From: an uncultured delta proteobacterium
GTDB lineage: Bacteria > Desulfobacterota > Binatia > UBA9968
DNA length: 64,000 bases
Assembly: GCA_963745835.1 (NCBI GenBank)
Contig: CAVUZH010000022.1
Span: 384,001 to 448,000, forward strand
Direction: 5' to 3'
Of the stretch, positions 1-11,238 are shown in pieces. The notes under the pieces were generated by a model. The model had not been told where the DNA came from. It did not search any database and worked only from the letters and a program-made list of their open reading frames with translations. A program made the position numbers and the translations under genes. The stretch's first letter is position 1. Each line of letters starts with the position of its first letter.

Positions 1-1
1 C

Positions 2-709
2 GTCGACCAATTCATCACCAGCGCCGAAGAAAAATGGCGCAGGCTAAGCGGCTTGGTTTTGTTGCTGCCGCATGGCTTTGAAGGGATGGGACCGGAGCAC
101 TCGAGCGCGCGCATCGAACGGTTTCTGCAGCTTTGCTCCAAGGATAATCTCCAGGTGGTTTACCCAACAACGCCAGCGCAATACTTTCATTGCCTGCGTC
201 GACAAGTGCTGCGCAGATGGCGTAAGCCGATGGTTATTATGACTCCCAAAAGTTTGCTGCGCCATCCCGGGGCAGTCTCCAATCTCGACGCCTTGGCTGA
301 TGGAGAATTTGAAACCGTCATCGGCGATCTTAGCGCGCGCCAAGATTGTCAGAAAATTCTCTTGTGCAGCGGCAAAGTTTATTATGATCTGGAGAAAAAG
401 CGCGCCGAGATGAACCGCGATGACGTCGCCATTGTGCGCATCGAGCAGTTTTATCCAGTTCCGGAAGAGCGGCTGCGGGCGGTTCTGGAAGGCTATGCCG
501 CTGGCACGCCGATAGTGTGGATTCAAGAAGAACCTCGCAACATGGGCGCCGCATGCTTTTGGCACCTTCAGCTCGGCAACAAGCTTTTCGATCGATTTCC
601 GTTTTCGGTGGTCGCACGCGCTGCTTCCGCCAGCCCGGCAACCGGCTCGGCAAGCCGGCATCATCAGCAACAAACCGAGCTGCTGGCCGCCGCTTTCGGA
701 AACCAGTAG
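2..709 (+). CDS. sucA: 2-oxoglutarate dehydrogenase E1, C-terminal part (5'-truncated by window)
   Basis: Frame open from base 2: [74 protein letters not shown]. Confidence 0.96.
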   Translation, partial: VDQFITSAEEKWRRLSGLVLLLPHGFEGMGPEHSSARIERFLQLCSKDNLQVVYPTTPAQYFHCLRRQVLRRWRKPMVIMTPKSLLRHPGAVSNLDALADGEFETVIGDLSARQDCQKILLCSGKVYYDLEKKRAEMNRDDVAIVRIEQFYPVPEERLRAVLEGYAAGTPIVWIQEEPRNMGAACFWHLQLGNKLFDRFPFSVVARAASASPATGSASRHHQQQTELLAAAFGNQ

Positions 710-762
710 CGAGCGCTAGTTTTAATGCTGTTTACGACCCGGTCAATTCCATAAGGTGGGCA

Positions 763-2053
763 ATGACCATTGAGGTTAAGGTTCCCGAGGTCGGCGAATC
801 AATCACCGAGGTTGAAATTGGTGATTGGCTCAAAGCCGTCGGCGACTCGGTTCAGCAGGATGAGGATCTTGTCGTCATCGAAACCGATAAGGCAACGGTT
901 GAAATTCTCGCGCCGCAAGCAGGCAGGCTTAGCAAAATTTTAAAAGCCAGCGGAGAAACAGCGCAGGTCGGTGAAGTTATCGGCCATCTGGACCAGGCTG
1001 AAGATACAAGCGCCGATGGAGCTGGAGAAAATCAGACCCGCGTCGCTGAGTCGCCGGAGGCTAAAAAGCCAAAGGGCCGCCGTCCTAAGGTCACCAAGCA
1101 GGAACAATCCATCAACGCCCGCGAATCTGATTCCGACGATTTGCCGGAGGCCCAGGCCGCCTCTACGGAATCCGCCGCAGGCCCCATCGAGTCACCGCCG
1201 CAACAAAACCAAATGAATGCCGCGGCGCGATCCAGCGAAGCCGCCGCAATCGAGATAGAGGCAAGGCCATCACTTCCCGATCTCGAGCCGCCATCAGAGA
1301 CGGCGCCGGAGAAGAGTTCAGAATCATTGGTGGCCGGCGCTACCCGGGGCGAGCGCCAGGAAAAACTCGTGCCGATGAGCCCGCTACGCCGCCGACTGGC
1401 CGAAAGGCTAGTCCAGGCACAGCAAACTGCGGCGCTGTTGACGACTTTTAATGAGATCGACATGTCCGCGGTCAATCAGCTGCGGCAAATCCATCAAGAT
1501 GCTTTCAAGGAAAAATACAACGTCAGACTCGGCTTGATGTCTTTTTTTGTCAGAGCGGCAATCGAAGCGCTCAAGCTTATTCCGGAAGTCAACGCGGAGA
1601 TACGCGACGGTAGTATCGTGTACCGGAACTATTTCGACATCGGCGTAGCTGTGGGCGGCGGGCGCGGGCTGGTCGTGCCGGTGCTGCGCGATGCCCAAAG
1701 CATGAGCTTTGCGGCAATCGAAATCGCCATCGGCGACTTTGCCCGCCGCGCCCGGGAGAACAAGTTGAAGCCGGACGAATTGCAAGGCGGGACTTTTACG
1801 ATCACTAACGGCGGCGTTTACGGATCGCTGCTGTCAACGCCGATCATCAATCCGCCGCAGAGCGCTATCTTGGGAATGCACGCGATGCAGGAGCGGCCGG
1901 TGGCGCATGACGGCGCTGTCGTAATCCGGCCGATGATGTATGTGGCGTTGAGCTATGATCATCGCCTCATCGACGGGCGCGAGGCGGTCACGTTTTTAAA
2001 ACAGATAAAAATAGCGCGTCGAGGAGCCGGTGCGAATGTTACTCGAACTTTAA
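763..2053 (+). CDS. sucB: Dihydrolipoyl succinyltransferase E2 (frameshift near 2007-2017, probably an assembly error)
   Basis: ATG 763 after AAGGTGG; lipoyl motif ETDKAT; core [26 protein letters not shown]; expected C-terminus [11 protein letters not shown] lies in the +1 frame (2018-2053). Confidence 0.92.
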
Positions 2054-2069
2054 TCAACGAGGATCAGAA

Positions 2070-2580
2070 ATGGCTGACTTACAAACCGCAGAAATACTCC
2101 AGCGGCTGGCAAAACTCGAGCAGCAGAATTTTCGTTATCGCCTCGCCAGTGTCGGCCTCGCCGTCCTGATTTTGGCCGCCTTCCTTTTGGGTCAAAGCAA
2201 GCCCAACGTGGCAAGCGCCGTCGAAGCGCAAAGTTTCGTTTTGCGAGACAAGAGCGGCAACCTGCGCGGCACCCTTGCCATGGACAGCAAGACGGAAGCA
2301 TCGACTCTGGTTTTGGCGGATCAGAGCCGCAAGATTCGCGCTGAATTCAAAGTGGCCAACGATGGCAACGCCGGCATTGCGTTCGGCGATGCCAATGGAA
2401 AACCGCGGCTGATTGTGCGTTTGAAGGACGCCGGTTCGCCGGACATGGGATTGGGTCGACAGCCAAGGCAATCTGCGCATGGGCATCGGGCTTGATCCTG
2501 ACGAGCTTCCCGCGATCGTTATGTACGAGACGACGAAAAGCGCAACATCGTCTGGCAGCGCAACCGGGCGCAAACCTTAA
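2070..2580 (+). CDS. Hypothetical membrane-anchored protein with beta-hairpin-like repeats (frameshifted near 2455)
   Basis: GAGGA RBS; N-terminal hydrophobic helix; repeated D..G..R units continue in another frame ([11 protein letters not shown]) to TAA 2580. Confidence 0.6.
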
Positions 2581-2593
2581 TCACAGCGGGTGA

Positions 2594-3250
2594 ATGGCTC
2601 AAATATTTCATCCCAGCACCAACACGGTTTCCAAGTTAACTATTTTTGGCGCCGTGTTTCTGATCGGCGGGCTCCTATGGCTACTCGCCGAGCTGAACCG
2701 GTCGTCTTATGTCACTCAGGCAAACGTGGTGCGCCCGCAACCAGTCCCGTTCAGCCACAAGCATCATGTCAGCGGGCTCGGCATCGATTGCCGATATTGC
2801 CACACCGCAGTGGAGCAAAGCGCATTCGCCGGTATTCCGTCAACGTCAACCTGCATGAATTGCCATTCGCAGATTTGGACCAACAGTCCGATGCTCGAAC
2901 CGGTGCGCGAAAGTTACCGCACCGGTCAACCCCTGCGCTGGACCCGGGTTCACAACCTGGCGGAGTTTGCCTATTTCAATCACAGCATCCATGTGAACAA
3001 GGGCGTCGGCTGCGCGACTTGTCATGGCGCGGTCGATCAGATGCCGCTGGTTGCCCAAGAAAAATCGCTGCTGATGGAATGGTGCCTGGATTGTCATCGC
3101 AATCCCGAGCAGTACCTCCGCCCCCGCGAGGAAGTCTTCAATATGTCCTGGACTGCGCCGGCGAACCAGTCGGAGCTCGGCATGGAGCTGGTTCGGAAGT
3201 ACAACGTTCGCACTGAACAGCTAACCGACTGCTCGGTTTGCCATAGATGA
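2594..3250 (+). CDS. actA: Alternative complex III pentaheme cytochrome c subunit
   Basis: One N-terminal TM helix, QPVPFSHKHH, five CxxCH (CRYCH, CMNCH, CATCH, CLDCH, CSVCH). Confidence 0.95.
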   Translation: MAQIFHPSTNTVSKLTIFGAVFLIGGLLWLLAELNRSSYVTQANVVRPQPVPFSHKHHVSGLGIDCRYCHTAVEQSAFAGIPSTSTCMNCHSQIWTNSPMLEPVRESYRTGQPLRWTRVHNLAEFAYFNHSIHVNKGVGCATCHGAVDQMPLVAQEKSLLMEWCLDCHRNPEQYLRPREEVFNMSWTAPANQSELGMELVRKYNVRTEQLTDCSVCHR

Positions 3251-3260
3251 GGATGACCAG

Positions 3261-6200
3261 GTGAGCCAACTCGGAAACACGAATCAAGTCGCCGCGGAAT
3301 GGCGCCAGCGGCTGTCCGGCTTGCAGGGTCGGCGTTACTGGCGCAGCTTGGAAGAGCTGGCGCAGAGCGATGAATTCGAGCGAATTGTCGAAGGAGAATT
3401 TCCCGGCGCTGCTTCATTGTTGAGCAATGGACTGAGCCGGCGCGAGTTTTTACGGATCATGGGCGCTTCACTCGCCCTGGCCGGTCTGGGCGCATGCGCT
3501 GAGCGGCCCACCGAGCAAATCGTGCCCTACGTTCATCCTCCCGAGGAGCGCACCACCGGCGAAACTTTCGATTACGCCAGCGCATTCACACTGGCAGGAG
3601 TTGCAACCGGGATTCTGGTCAAGAGCTATGAAGGCAGGCCGATCAAGATTGAAGGCAACCCGCAGCATCCGGCGAGTTTGGGTGGCACCAACCCATTCAT
3701 CCAAGCATCGATTCTAAGTCTTTACGATCCGGAACGTTCGCAAGTCGTGCGCCACTCGAGCGGTATCACCACCTGGGAGGACTTCCTTCGGACGGCGCGC
3801 ACGCGGCTTGATTCCCTGCGCCCGGCAGGAGGAGCGGGGCTGCGATTGCTCACAGGCACCGTGACCTCGCCGACGTTGGGAGAACAGATCAGGACTCTGT
3901 TAAAGCAATTGCCGCAGGCAAAGTGGCATGCCTACGAACCGGTGTCGCGCGATAACACTCGCGCAGGCGCGCGGATCGCTCTGGGACAGGAAGCCGAGAG
4001 CCTTTACCGTTTCGATGGCGCCGATGTAATTCTCTCGCTGGATTGCGATTTTCTCTTCAGCGAGCCCGGCTCACTTCGCTATGCGCGTGATTTCTCCAAT
4101 CGCAGAAAAGTGCGCGGCGACCAGGCGGAAATAAACCGGCTCTATGTCGCCGAACCGACGCCGTCGATCACCGGGTCAATCGCGGATCATCGCCTCGCCA
4201 TAGCCGCGGGCCGGATCGGATCATTGGCGCAGGCAGTGGCAGGCCGCCTAGGCGCCAAACAGTCCGGCGCCGAAGATGCTCAAGAACTTGCGCCGTACAA
4301 AGCCTGGATCGACACGGTTGCCGCAGATCTGCAACAGCATCGCGGCTCGAGCCTGGTTATTGCCGGTGAATTTCAGCCGCCCCGGGTGCACGCTCTAGCC
4401 CATTCGATGAACCAGCTGCTTGGCAACGTCGGGACCACGGTGGTTTATGCCGAGCCTGCCGAGGAGTCAGTAGCCGCCGGCGCAAGCTCCCTCCAAGAGC
4501 TCGCGCGCGATATGGCGCAAGGCGCTGTCGAAGCGCTGTTCATCATCGGAACTAACCCAGTTTACAGCGCACCGGCCGATCTGCGTTTCGCCGAGGCGCT
4601 GCCTAAAGTTCGGTTCCGCGCGCATTTCGGCGAATATGAAGATGAGACCTCGGCGCTATGCCAATGGCATGTTCCGCAAGCTCATTTCCTGGAGACCTGG
4701 GGCGATGCCCGAAGCTTCGACGGCATCGTAACTATTCAGCAGCCGTTGATCGCGCCGCTCTATGGCGGCAAATCGCCGCATGAGTTGCTCGCGGCGCTTA
4801 ACGGTAGCGCGGAGAGATCCGCTCATGACATCGTGCGCCGATTCTGGCGCAGCCGCATCGGCGGTGCCGATTTTGACGGATGGTGGCGACGCGCTTTGCA
4901 TGACGGGTTTATCCCCGATAGCGGCGCAAGGCGAAGGACTGCCGCCGTTCGCGCGCAAACTGCGGCGCCGTCGAGGCCGGACGCTCCTGCGGCAAATGCG
5001 GCGGAAGGTTTGGAGCTGGTATTTCGGCCCGATCCGACGATTTGGGATGGCCGCTTCGCTAACAACGCTTGGCTCCAGGAATTGCCGAAACCTTTGAGCA
5101 AGATGACCTGGGACAATGCGGCATTGATCAGTCCGCGCACGGCGCAACGACTGACATTGCACAATGGCGACGTTGTCGAACTCCGCTTGGGTGATTCTGC
5201 GATCGCCGCGCCGGTTTGGATCAGCCCCGGCCAAGCTGATGAGTCGGTTACGGTGCATCTGGGCTATGGCCGGACCCGCGCCGGCAAGGTGGGCAGCGCA
5301 CTCGGCTTCAACGCTTATCCTCTGCGTACCACCGGCCAGCCGTGGTTTGCCAGCGGCCTGCAGATTAGCAAAACCGGCAGACGCCATGAGCTTGTCACCA
5401 CACAGGGCCATCATACGATGGTAGGACGGCCCCTGGTTCGCAGCGGCACCTTGGAAGAGTTCCGTCAGCATCCGGAGTTCGTCCATGAGATGGCCCATGA
5501 ACCGCCGGCCGACTTGTCGCTCTATCCTCAACACAAGTTCGAAGGCAGCGCTTGGGCGATGGTGATTGATACCAGTGTATGCATCGGCTGCAACGCCTGC
5601 GTCGTCGCCTGCCAAGCGGAAAACAACATTCCGGTGGTCGGCAAAGCGGAAGTTGCCAGAGGCCGCGAGATGCTTTGGTTGAGAGTCGATCGTTACTACG
5701 AGGGGCCGGCGGAAAACCCTGACGTTTTGTTCCAGCCGGTGCCGTGCATGCATTGCGAGAACGCGCCGTGCGAACCGGTTTGTCCGGTGGGCGCCACAGC
5801 GCACAGCACCGAGGGTTTAAACGACATGGTTTACAACCGCTGCGTCGGCACTCGCTATTGTTCCAACAACTGTCCTTATAAAGTTAGGCGCTTCAATTTC
5901 TATCAGTATGCCGATTTCCGAACCGAAGTGCGCAAGCTGGGTTACAACCCCGACGTCACGGTCAGAAGCCGGGGTGTTATGGAAAAATGTACGTATTGCG
6001 TGCAGCGGATCAACCATGGACGCATCGAAGCAAAAAAGGAAAATCGACCGATACGCGACGGCGAAGTCATCACCGCCTGCGCGCAGGCTTGTCCAACCGA
6101 AGCGATCATCTTCGGCGATATGAGCGATGCCGACGCCGCGGTGTCAAAGCTGAAGAAGGATCCGCTCAACTATGCAATGCTGGCCGAGCTTAACACCCGG

Positions 6201-6266
6201 CCGCGAACAACGTATCTGGCCCGGCTTAAAAATCCTAATCCCGACCTGGGAGCTAAGAAAAAGTGA
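3261..6266 (+). CDS. actB: Alternative complex III molybdopterin-oxidoreductase-like/Fe-S subunit
   Basis: YWRSLEEL, Tat-type SRREFL and lipobox [14 protein letters not shown], ferredoxin motifs [27 protein letters not shown]. Confidence 0.95.
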   Translation: MSQLGNTNQVAAEWRQRLSGLQGRRYWRSLEELAQSDEFERIVEGEFPGAASLLSNGLSRREFLRIMGASLALAGLGACAERPTEQIVPYVHPPEERTTGETFDYASAFTLAGVATGILVKSYEGRPIKIEGNPQHPASLGGTNPFIQASILSLYDPERSQVVRHSSGITTWEDFLRTARTRLDSLRPAGGAGLRLLTGTVTSPTLGEQIRTLLKQLPQAKWHAYEPVSRDNTRAGARIALGQEAESLYRFDGADVILSLDCDFLFSEPGSLRYARDFSNRRKVRGDQAEINRLYVAEPTPSITGSIADHRLAIAAGRIGSLAQAVAGRLGAKQSGAEDAQELAPYKAWIDTVAADLQQHRGSSLVIAGEFQPPRVHALAHSMNQLLGNVGTTVVYAEPAEESVAAGASSLQELARDMAQGAVEALFIIGTNPVYSAPADLRFAEALPKVRFRAHFGEYEDETSALCQWHVPQAHFLETWGDARSFDGIVTIQQPLIAPLYGGKSPHELLAALNGSAERSAHDIVRRFWRSRIGGADFDGWWRRALHDGFIPDSGARRRTAAVRAQTAAPSRPDAPAANAAEGLELVFRPDPTIWDGRFANNAWLQELPKPLSKMTWDNAALISPRTAQRLTLHNGDVVELRLGDSAIAAPVWISPGQADESVTVHLGYGRTRAGKVGSALGFNAYPLRTTGQPWFASGLQISKTGRRHELVTTQGHHTMVGRPLVRSGTLEEFRQHPEFVHEMAHEPPADLSLYPQHKFEGSAWAMVIDTSVCIGCNACVVACQAENNIPVVGKAEVARGREMLWLRVDRYYEGPAENPDVLFQPVPCMHCENAPCEPVCPVGATAHSTEGLNDMVYNRCVGTRYCSNNCPYKVRRFNFYQYADFRTEVRKLGYNPDVTVRSRGVMEKCTYCVQRINHGRIEAKKENRPIRDGEVITACAQACPTEAIIFGDMSDADAAVSKLKKDPLNYAMLAELNTRPRTTYLARLKNPNPDLGAKKK

Positions 6267-7642
6267 CCGAACCCGCAGCAGCCGACACCAGAACACGCGA
6301 CAGTCGCTACGATGTGATCGGGCCTGGTCATACTTCCGGTTCGATTACCGACAAAATCAGCGAGATCGTTCTGACCCGCAAAACACCCAAGGGTTGGTGG
6401 ATTGGTTTCGGCATTTCGTTTCTTTTAATGAATCTCCTGTTTGTCGCAGTCGCCCATCTGTTGATTACCGGCATCGGCATCTGGGGCGTCAATGTCCCGG
6501 TGGCATGGGGCTTTGCGATCATTAATTTCGTCTGGTGGATTGGTATCGGCCATGCGGGGACCTTGATCTCGGCGATCCTGCTGCTGCTGCGCCAGCGCTG
6601 GCGCACTTCGATTAACCGTTTCGCCGAAGCGATGACGCTTTTCGCCGTGGCGTGCGCGGGTCTCTATCCGATTCTCCATCTGGGTCGTCCGGGATTTGCC
6701 TACTGGTTGTTTCCTTATCCCAACACGATGGGCGTTTGGCCGCAGTTTCGCAGCCCGCTGGTGTGGGATGTTTTTGCGGTATCAACCTACGCCACCGTTT
6801 CTTTCCTGTTCTGGTACATCGGCCTAATTCCGGATATGGCGACCTTGCGCGATCGCGCTCGGCACCGCTTTGCGCGAATGGCTTACGGCATGTTGGCCAT
6901 GGGCTGGCGCGGCTCGGCGGTGCATTGGTATCGCTATGAGACCGCTTACCTGCTGCTCGCCGGGTTGGCAACGCCGCTAGTAATTTCGGTCCACAGCATC
7001 GTCAGCTTGGATTTCGCCGTGAGCGTGTTGCCGGGCTGGCATTCGACGATTTTCCCCCCTTATTTCGTTGCTGGGGCGATCTACGCCGGCTTCGCCATGG
7101 TGCTGACCCTGGCAATTCCGTTGCGCGCTGCCTACCGGCTCGAGGACCTAATCACCATGCACCACCTCGACAACATGGCCAAGGTGATGCTGACGACAGG
7201 GCTGTTTGTCTTTTACGGCTATGTCATGGAGGCGTTCTTTGCCTGGTACAGCGCCAACCCAAACGAGGCCTACATGATGTCCAATCGCGCCACCGGACCG
7301 TATGCGCCTTACTATTGGCTCCTGCTGATTTGCAATGGCGTGGTGCCGCAACTCCTATGGTCGCCGCGGCTGCGCGCATCGGTGCCGCTGCTTTTTGTGA
7401 TCTCTCTGGTGGTCAGCCTGGGTATGTGGCTTGAACGCTACATCATCGTTGTCACCAGCCTTCATCGCGATTTTCTGCCTTCGTCCTGGGGCATGTATTC
7501 GGGGACCATCTGGGATTGGGCAACGTTTATAGGCACTCTGGGTCTTTTTCTTTCCTTGCTTTTTCTTTTTATCAGGGTGCTGCCGATGATCTCAATTTTC
7601 GAGATGCGGGAATTGGTGCATGAGGAACGGGAGGAGAGCTGA
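6263..7642 (+). CDS. actC: Alternative complex III NrfD/PsrC-family quinol-binding membrane subunit
   Basis: [37 protein letters not shown]; many TM helices. Confidence 0.95.
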   Translation: MTEPAAADTRTRDSRYDVIGPGHTSGSITDKISEIVLTRKTPKGWWIGFGISFLLMNLLFVAVAHLLITGIGIWGVNVPVAWGFAIINFVWWIGIGHAGTLISAILLLLRQRWRTSINRFAEAMTLFAVACAGLYPILHLGRPGFAYWLFPYPNTMGVWPQFRSPLVWDVFAVSTYATVSFLFWYIGLIPDMATLRDRARHRFARMAYGMLAMGWRGSAVHWYRYETAYLLLAGLATPLVISVHSIVSLDFAVSVLPGWHSTIFPPYFVAGAIYAGFAMVLTLAIPLRAAYRLEDLITMHHLDNMAKVMLTTGLFVFYGYVMEAFFAWYSANPNEAYMMSNRATGPYAPYYWLLLICNGVVPQLLWSPRLRASVPLLFVISLVVSLGMWLERYIIVVTSLHRDFLPSSWGMYSGTIWDWATFIGTLGLFLSLLFLFIRVLPMISIFEMRELVHEEREES

Positions 7643-8182
7643 GTGAAACAGCAGCCGCTCATTTACGGCGTGATGGCCGAATTTGATAGTCCGGAAATGC
7701 TCTGTGCCGGCGCCGAGCGCGCCCATGCCGCCGGCTACCGACGGATGGATGCGTACAGCCCGTTTCCAATCGAGGGATTAGCCGAACTGATCGGCTTTAA
7801 ACGCACACAGCTACCGTTGATCGTGCTGATCGGCGGCATCCTCGGCGGCATCGGCGGTTTCTACCTGCAGTATTGGACATCGGTGATCGACTATCCGCTG
7901 ATTGTCGGGGGCAAGCCGTATAACAGCTGGCCCGCCTTTATTCCGGTCACTTTCGAGACGACTATACTGGGCGCTGCCCTGGCCGCGGTCTTGGGCATGC
8001 TCGGATTAAACGGGTTGCCGATGCCGTATCATCCGGTATTCAACGTCGAGCGCTTCGCGCTGGCGAGTCGCGATCGTTTTTTCCTATGCATCGAGGCGGC
8101 AGACCCGAAGTTCGATATCGATAACACTGTCGAATTTTTGCGCAGCTTAAACCCGAGCTCGATTCATGAAGTGGAACCATGA
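7643..8182 (+). CDS. actD: Alternative complex III subunit D (DUF3341-like)
   Basis: DAYSPFPIEG, YPLIVGGKP, PAFIPVTFE; two TM helices; synteny. Confidence 0.93.
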   Translation: MKQQPLIYGVMAEFDSPEMLCAGAERAHAAGYRRMDAYSPFPIEGLAELIGFKRTQLPLIVLIGGILGGIGGFYLQYWTSVIDYPLIVGGKPYNSWPAFIPVTFETTILGAALAAVLGMLGLNGLPMPYHPVFNVERFALASRDRFFLCIEAADPKFDIDNTVEFLRSLNPSSIHEVEP

Positions 8183-8224
8183 CGAATTGAACCGAGTAAG
8201 GCGTTCAGCGCTCAATCGTTGATT

Positions 8225-8806
8225 ATGTTGAAACTGTTCCAAAAGTTGATGATGCTTACCTCTGTGGCGATATTCGCCATCGCCGGTTGCCGCCAGCAAA
8301 TGGCGGATCAGCCGCACCAGCGACCATTAGAGCCAAGCACCTTTTTTGATGACGGCATGGCTTCACGCCCGGTCGAGCCGGGCACAGTGGCGCGCGCCGG
8401 GAGAGAGCAGAACGGCCCGCGTTTCAATAGCAAAGTCGACGGCAAGCTGGTCGATACTTTCCCACTCGAGGTGACCATGGAAGTGCTGGCGCGTGGTCAG
8501 GAACGCTATGAAATCTTTTGCTCGCCGTGTCACGATCGGCTTGGCACCGGCCAGGGAATGATCGTCCGGCGCGGTTTTACGCCGGCGCGATCGTTTCACG
8601 ACCCCAGGCTGCGCGATGCGCCGGCAGGCCATTTCTTCGAGGTGATGACGCAGGGTTTTGGCCAGATGCCTTCTTATGCAAATCAGCTTTCCGAGCATGA
8701 TCGCTGGGCTGTCATTGCATACATTCGAGCCCTTCAGTTCAGTCGAAATGTGCGACTGGATCAGTTGCCGCCGGAGGATCGCGCCAAGATGAAAGCCACC
8801 CAATGA
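8225..8806 (+). CDS. actE: Alternative complex III monoheme cytochrome c lipoprotein
   Basis: Lipobox IAGC, CSPCH, MPSY, DRWAVIAYIRALQ; start uncertain. Confidence 0.92.
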   Translation: MLKLFQKLMMLTSVAIFAIAGCRQQMADQPHQRPLEPSTFFDDGMASRPVEPGTVARAGREQNGPRFNSKVDGKLVDTFPLEVTMEVLARGQERYEIFCSPCHDRLGTGQGMIVRRGFTPARSFHDPRLRDAPAGHFFEVMTQGFGQMPSYANQLSEHDRWAVIAYIRALQFSRNVRLDQLPPEDRAKMKATQ

Positions 8807-9975
8807 CCAACTCTGCCGCAAACAGCGACGGGACAACCGCAGGCGTGGCGCGCCTGGCTTTTATCGCCGGGGGCGTCGGCGCGGCTATCTCTGCCATCGG
8901 CGGCTTCTTCGATAGCGCGCAATTTTTTCGCTCGTACATCGTCGCTTATATTTTTTGGTTGGCGATTCCGCTGGGCTCTTTGGCCTTTCTGATGCTGCAC
9001 TTTCTCGTCGGCGGCAAATGGGGCGTGATGATCCGGCGCCTGCTCGAGTCGGCAACCCGCACTTTGCCGCTAATAGCGCTGCTGTTCGTCCCGCTCCTGT
9101 TCGGACTTCAAGCGGTTTATCCTTGGGCGACGCCCGGGCATATCGCCGAAGACGAAATTCTGCGCCAGAAATCGGCTTACCTGAATGTTCCCTTCTTTAT
9201 TGCTAGAACGATTTTGTATCTCGCCCTGTGGGGGATATTGGGCCACTTTTTAAACCGCTGGTCACGCCAACAAGATGCATCCGCGGAACTGCCCGCCGGC
9301 AAGCGCATGCGCCGCCTTAGCGGTCCGGGGTTGCTGATTTATCTTTTCACGATGAGCTTCGCATCGGTGGACTGGATCATGTCCATTGAACCGCACTGGT
9401 ATTCGACGGGATACGGCGTCATCTGGGTTATTAATCAAGGACTCGCCGCGCTGGCCTTCGCCATAGTCGGTCTGGCATGGCTTGGGGCGCGCGAACCGCT
9501 GGCAACGCGACTGCGTCCTAGCCACTTTCAAGATTTGGGCAATCTGTTACTCGCGTTCATCATGCTTTGGGCTTACATGATGTTTTCGCAATATCTGATT
9601 ATCTGGTCGGGCAACCTGGCCGAAGAAATTCCCTGGTACATTGCCCGCACCGAGGGGCTGTGGAGCTGGCTGCCGCCGCTGCTGGTGATTTTTCATTTCT
9701 TTGTGCCGCTTTTCCTGCTTCTCATGAGGGACGTTAAGCGCAACCCCAATGTCGTAGTTTGGGTGGCTGCGGGCGTGCTGGTGATGCGGCTTTTGGACAC
9801 TTACTGGATGATTGTGCCGGGCTTCGAAAACTCCGCTATCCATTGGCTGGATGCCACCCTGATGATCGGTATGGGCGGAATATGGCTCGGAGTTTTTCTC
9901 TGGCAATTGCAAAAGATGCCGTTGTTGCCGCTGCATGTAGCGCTGCTGGCGGAGGAGACAAACGCCCATGGCTGA
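8803..9975 (+). CDS. actF: Alternative complex III membrane subunit F
   Basis: Polytopic; KSAYLNVPFF, DWIMSIEPHWYST, WAYMMFSQYLIIW..NLAEE; synteny. Confidence 0.92.
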   Translation: MTNSAANSDGTTAGVARLAFIAGGVGAAISAIGGFFDSAQFFRSYIVAYIFWLAIPLGSLAFLMLHFLVGGKWGVMIRRLLESATRTLPLIALLFVPLLFGLQAVYPWATPGHIAEDEILRQKSAYLNVPFFIARTILYLALWGILGHFLNRWSRQQDASAELPAGKRMRRLSGPGLLIYLFTMSFASVDWIMSIEPHWYSTGYGVIWVINQGLAALAFAIVGLAWLGAREPLATRLRPSHFQDLGNLLLAFIMLWAYMMFSQYLIIWSGNLAEEIPWYIARTEGLWSWLPPLLVIFHFFVPLFLLLMRDVKRNPNVVVWVAAGVLVMRLLDTYWMIVPGFENSAIHWLDATLMIGMGGIWLGVFLWQLQKMPLLPLHVALLAEETNAHG

Positions 9976-10376
9976 CGCCGACGACCTGAAGTACGAGACC
10001 GAGGATTTCAGTCCGCGTGGGGTCCGCTGGTTCACCGCCGGACTGGCAGTGCTGGCGGTGATGGTTCTTGTATTGATGGGCGCCCTGTTGTGGTTCCTCA
10101 GCGGTGGGCGGCCGCCCGGCCAAGGGAGTCGTCACTCCCAGCGTACCCGCGCCGAATATGTCGCCGGAGCCGGATCTCCAGGTGGCATCTTCCCGTGATT
10201 ATCAGGAGATGCGAGCTGCCGAAGAGGCGCAATTGCACAGTTACCGCTGGGTCGATCGAGAGGCCGGCATTGCCGCGATACCGATCGAACGTGCCATGGA
10301 AATTTTGGCCGGCCGCGGATTGCCGGCGCAAAAGTCACCGGTAAAGAGGCCGCAAAGCACACAGGAGCAACCGTGA
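9968..10376 (+). CDS. actG: Alternative complex III small subunit G-like protein (frameshift near 10115)
   Basis: TM helix in ORF 9968 frame; LHSYRWVD..IPIERAME in ORF 10104 frame; start and stop overlap the neighbouring genes. Confidence 0.75.
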
Positions 10377-11236
10377 AGTCTGGTCTTTGGAAGGGATTTT
10401 CGGCGGCGATTTTTGCGCTCGCGATGACCCACATCGTGGCGCCCGAAGCTGCGCGCCCGCATGACGACAAAGTCGCTCCGATTGCATCGCACAATCAACC
10501 GGAGATTTTTAAGAACGTCGGGATTGAACAAAAGCTCGGCACCCGGCTGCCGCTAGAAACAAGCTTTCGCGATCAAACCGGCGCGTCGGTTTCGCTGCAA
10601 TCAACTTTATCCGGTAAGCCTGCAGTGCTGGTTTTTTCTTATTTCGACTGCCCCATGCTCTGTCCTCTGGTGCTTGAGGGATTGGTGCGGAGCCTCAAAC
10701 CTTTGTCGCTCAATGCGGGCCGCGATTTCGACGTGTTCGTGGTCAGCATTGATGAGCGGGATGGTCCGGAGATGGCGCAAAAAAAGCAACTCGAGATCAT
10801 CAATCGCTATGGCCGGAATCGCAGCGAGATTGGCTGGCACTTTCTCACCGGAGAAAAGAGCGCCATCGAAGAAATGACCCAAAGCGCCGGGTTCACTTAC
10901 GCCTGGGACGAGGCCAGCAAGCAGTACGTGCACGCATCCGGGATTTTCGTTCTTACGCCGCAGGGAAAGATAGCCCGGGTGCTCTACGGCATCGACTATA
11001 CAACGCGCGACGTTCGCCTGGCATTGGTGGAAGCCGGTGACGGCACCATTGGCAGCGCCATCGATCAACTGCTGCTCTACTGCTATCACTATAACCCGCT
11101 CACCGGAAAATATGGATTCGTAATCATGGGTGCTCTACGCCTGGCCGGAGTATCAACGGTGCTGGCGATGGCAACCTTTATTATCACGATGCTGCGGCGC
11201 GAGCGGCGCGGCTCAAACCCGGAAGCGGAGGCTTAG
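10373..11236 (+). CDS. SCO/SenC-family copper chaperone
   Basis: Signal peptide, CPMLC copper motif, H in QYVHASG, C-terminal TM helix. Confidence 0.92.
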   Translation: MKSGLWKGFSAAIFALAMTHIVAPEAARPHDDKVAPIASHNQPEIFKNVGIEQKLGTRLPLETSFRDQTGASVSLQSTLSGKPAVLVFSYFDCPMLCPLVLEGLVRSLKPLSLNAGRDFDVFVVSIDERDGPEMAQKKQLEIINRYGRNRSEIGWHFLTGEKSAIEEMTQSAGFTYAWDEASKQYVHASGIFVLTPQGKIARVLYGIDYTTRDVRLALVEAGDGTIGSAIDQLLLYCYHYNPLTGKYGFVIMGALRLAGVSTVLAMATFIITMLRRERRGSNPEAEA

Positions 11237-11238
11237 CG

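Noticed and set aside
517-762. N-terminal extension of SucB in the ORF track, and similar long extensions at 13681, 27218, 27834, 31315, 39956 and 60398
   Set aside because: They overlap upstream genes or promoters; downstream starts have an RBS or stop-start coupling and match family N-termini.
4656-5804. Long antisense or alternative-frame ORFs (e.g. 382 aa here, 26746-27795, 57613-58401, 61331-62086)
   Set aside because: Shadows of well-supported genes in GC-rich DNA; no recognisable motifs.
3261-6266. ActB as a catalytic molybdoenzyme
   Set aside because: The act context identifies it; ActB is known not to carry a molybdenum cofactor.
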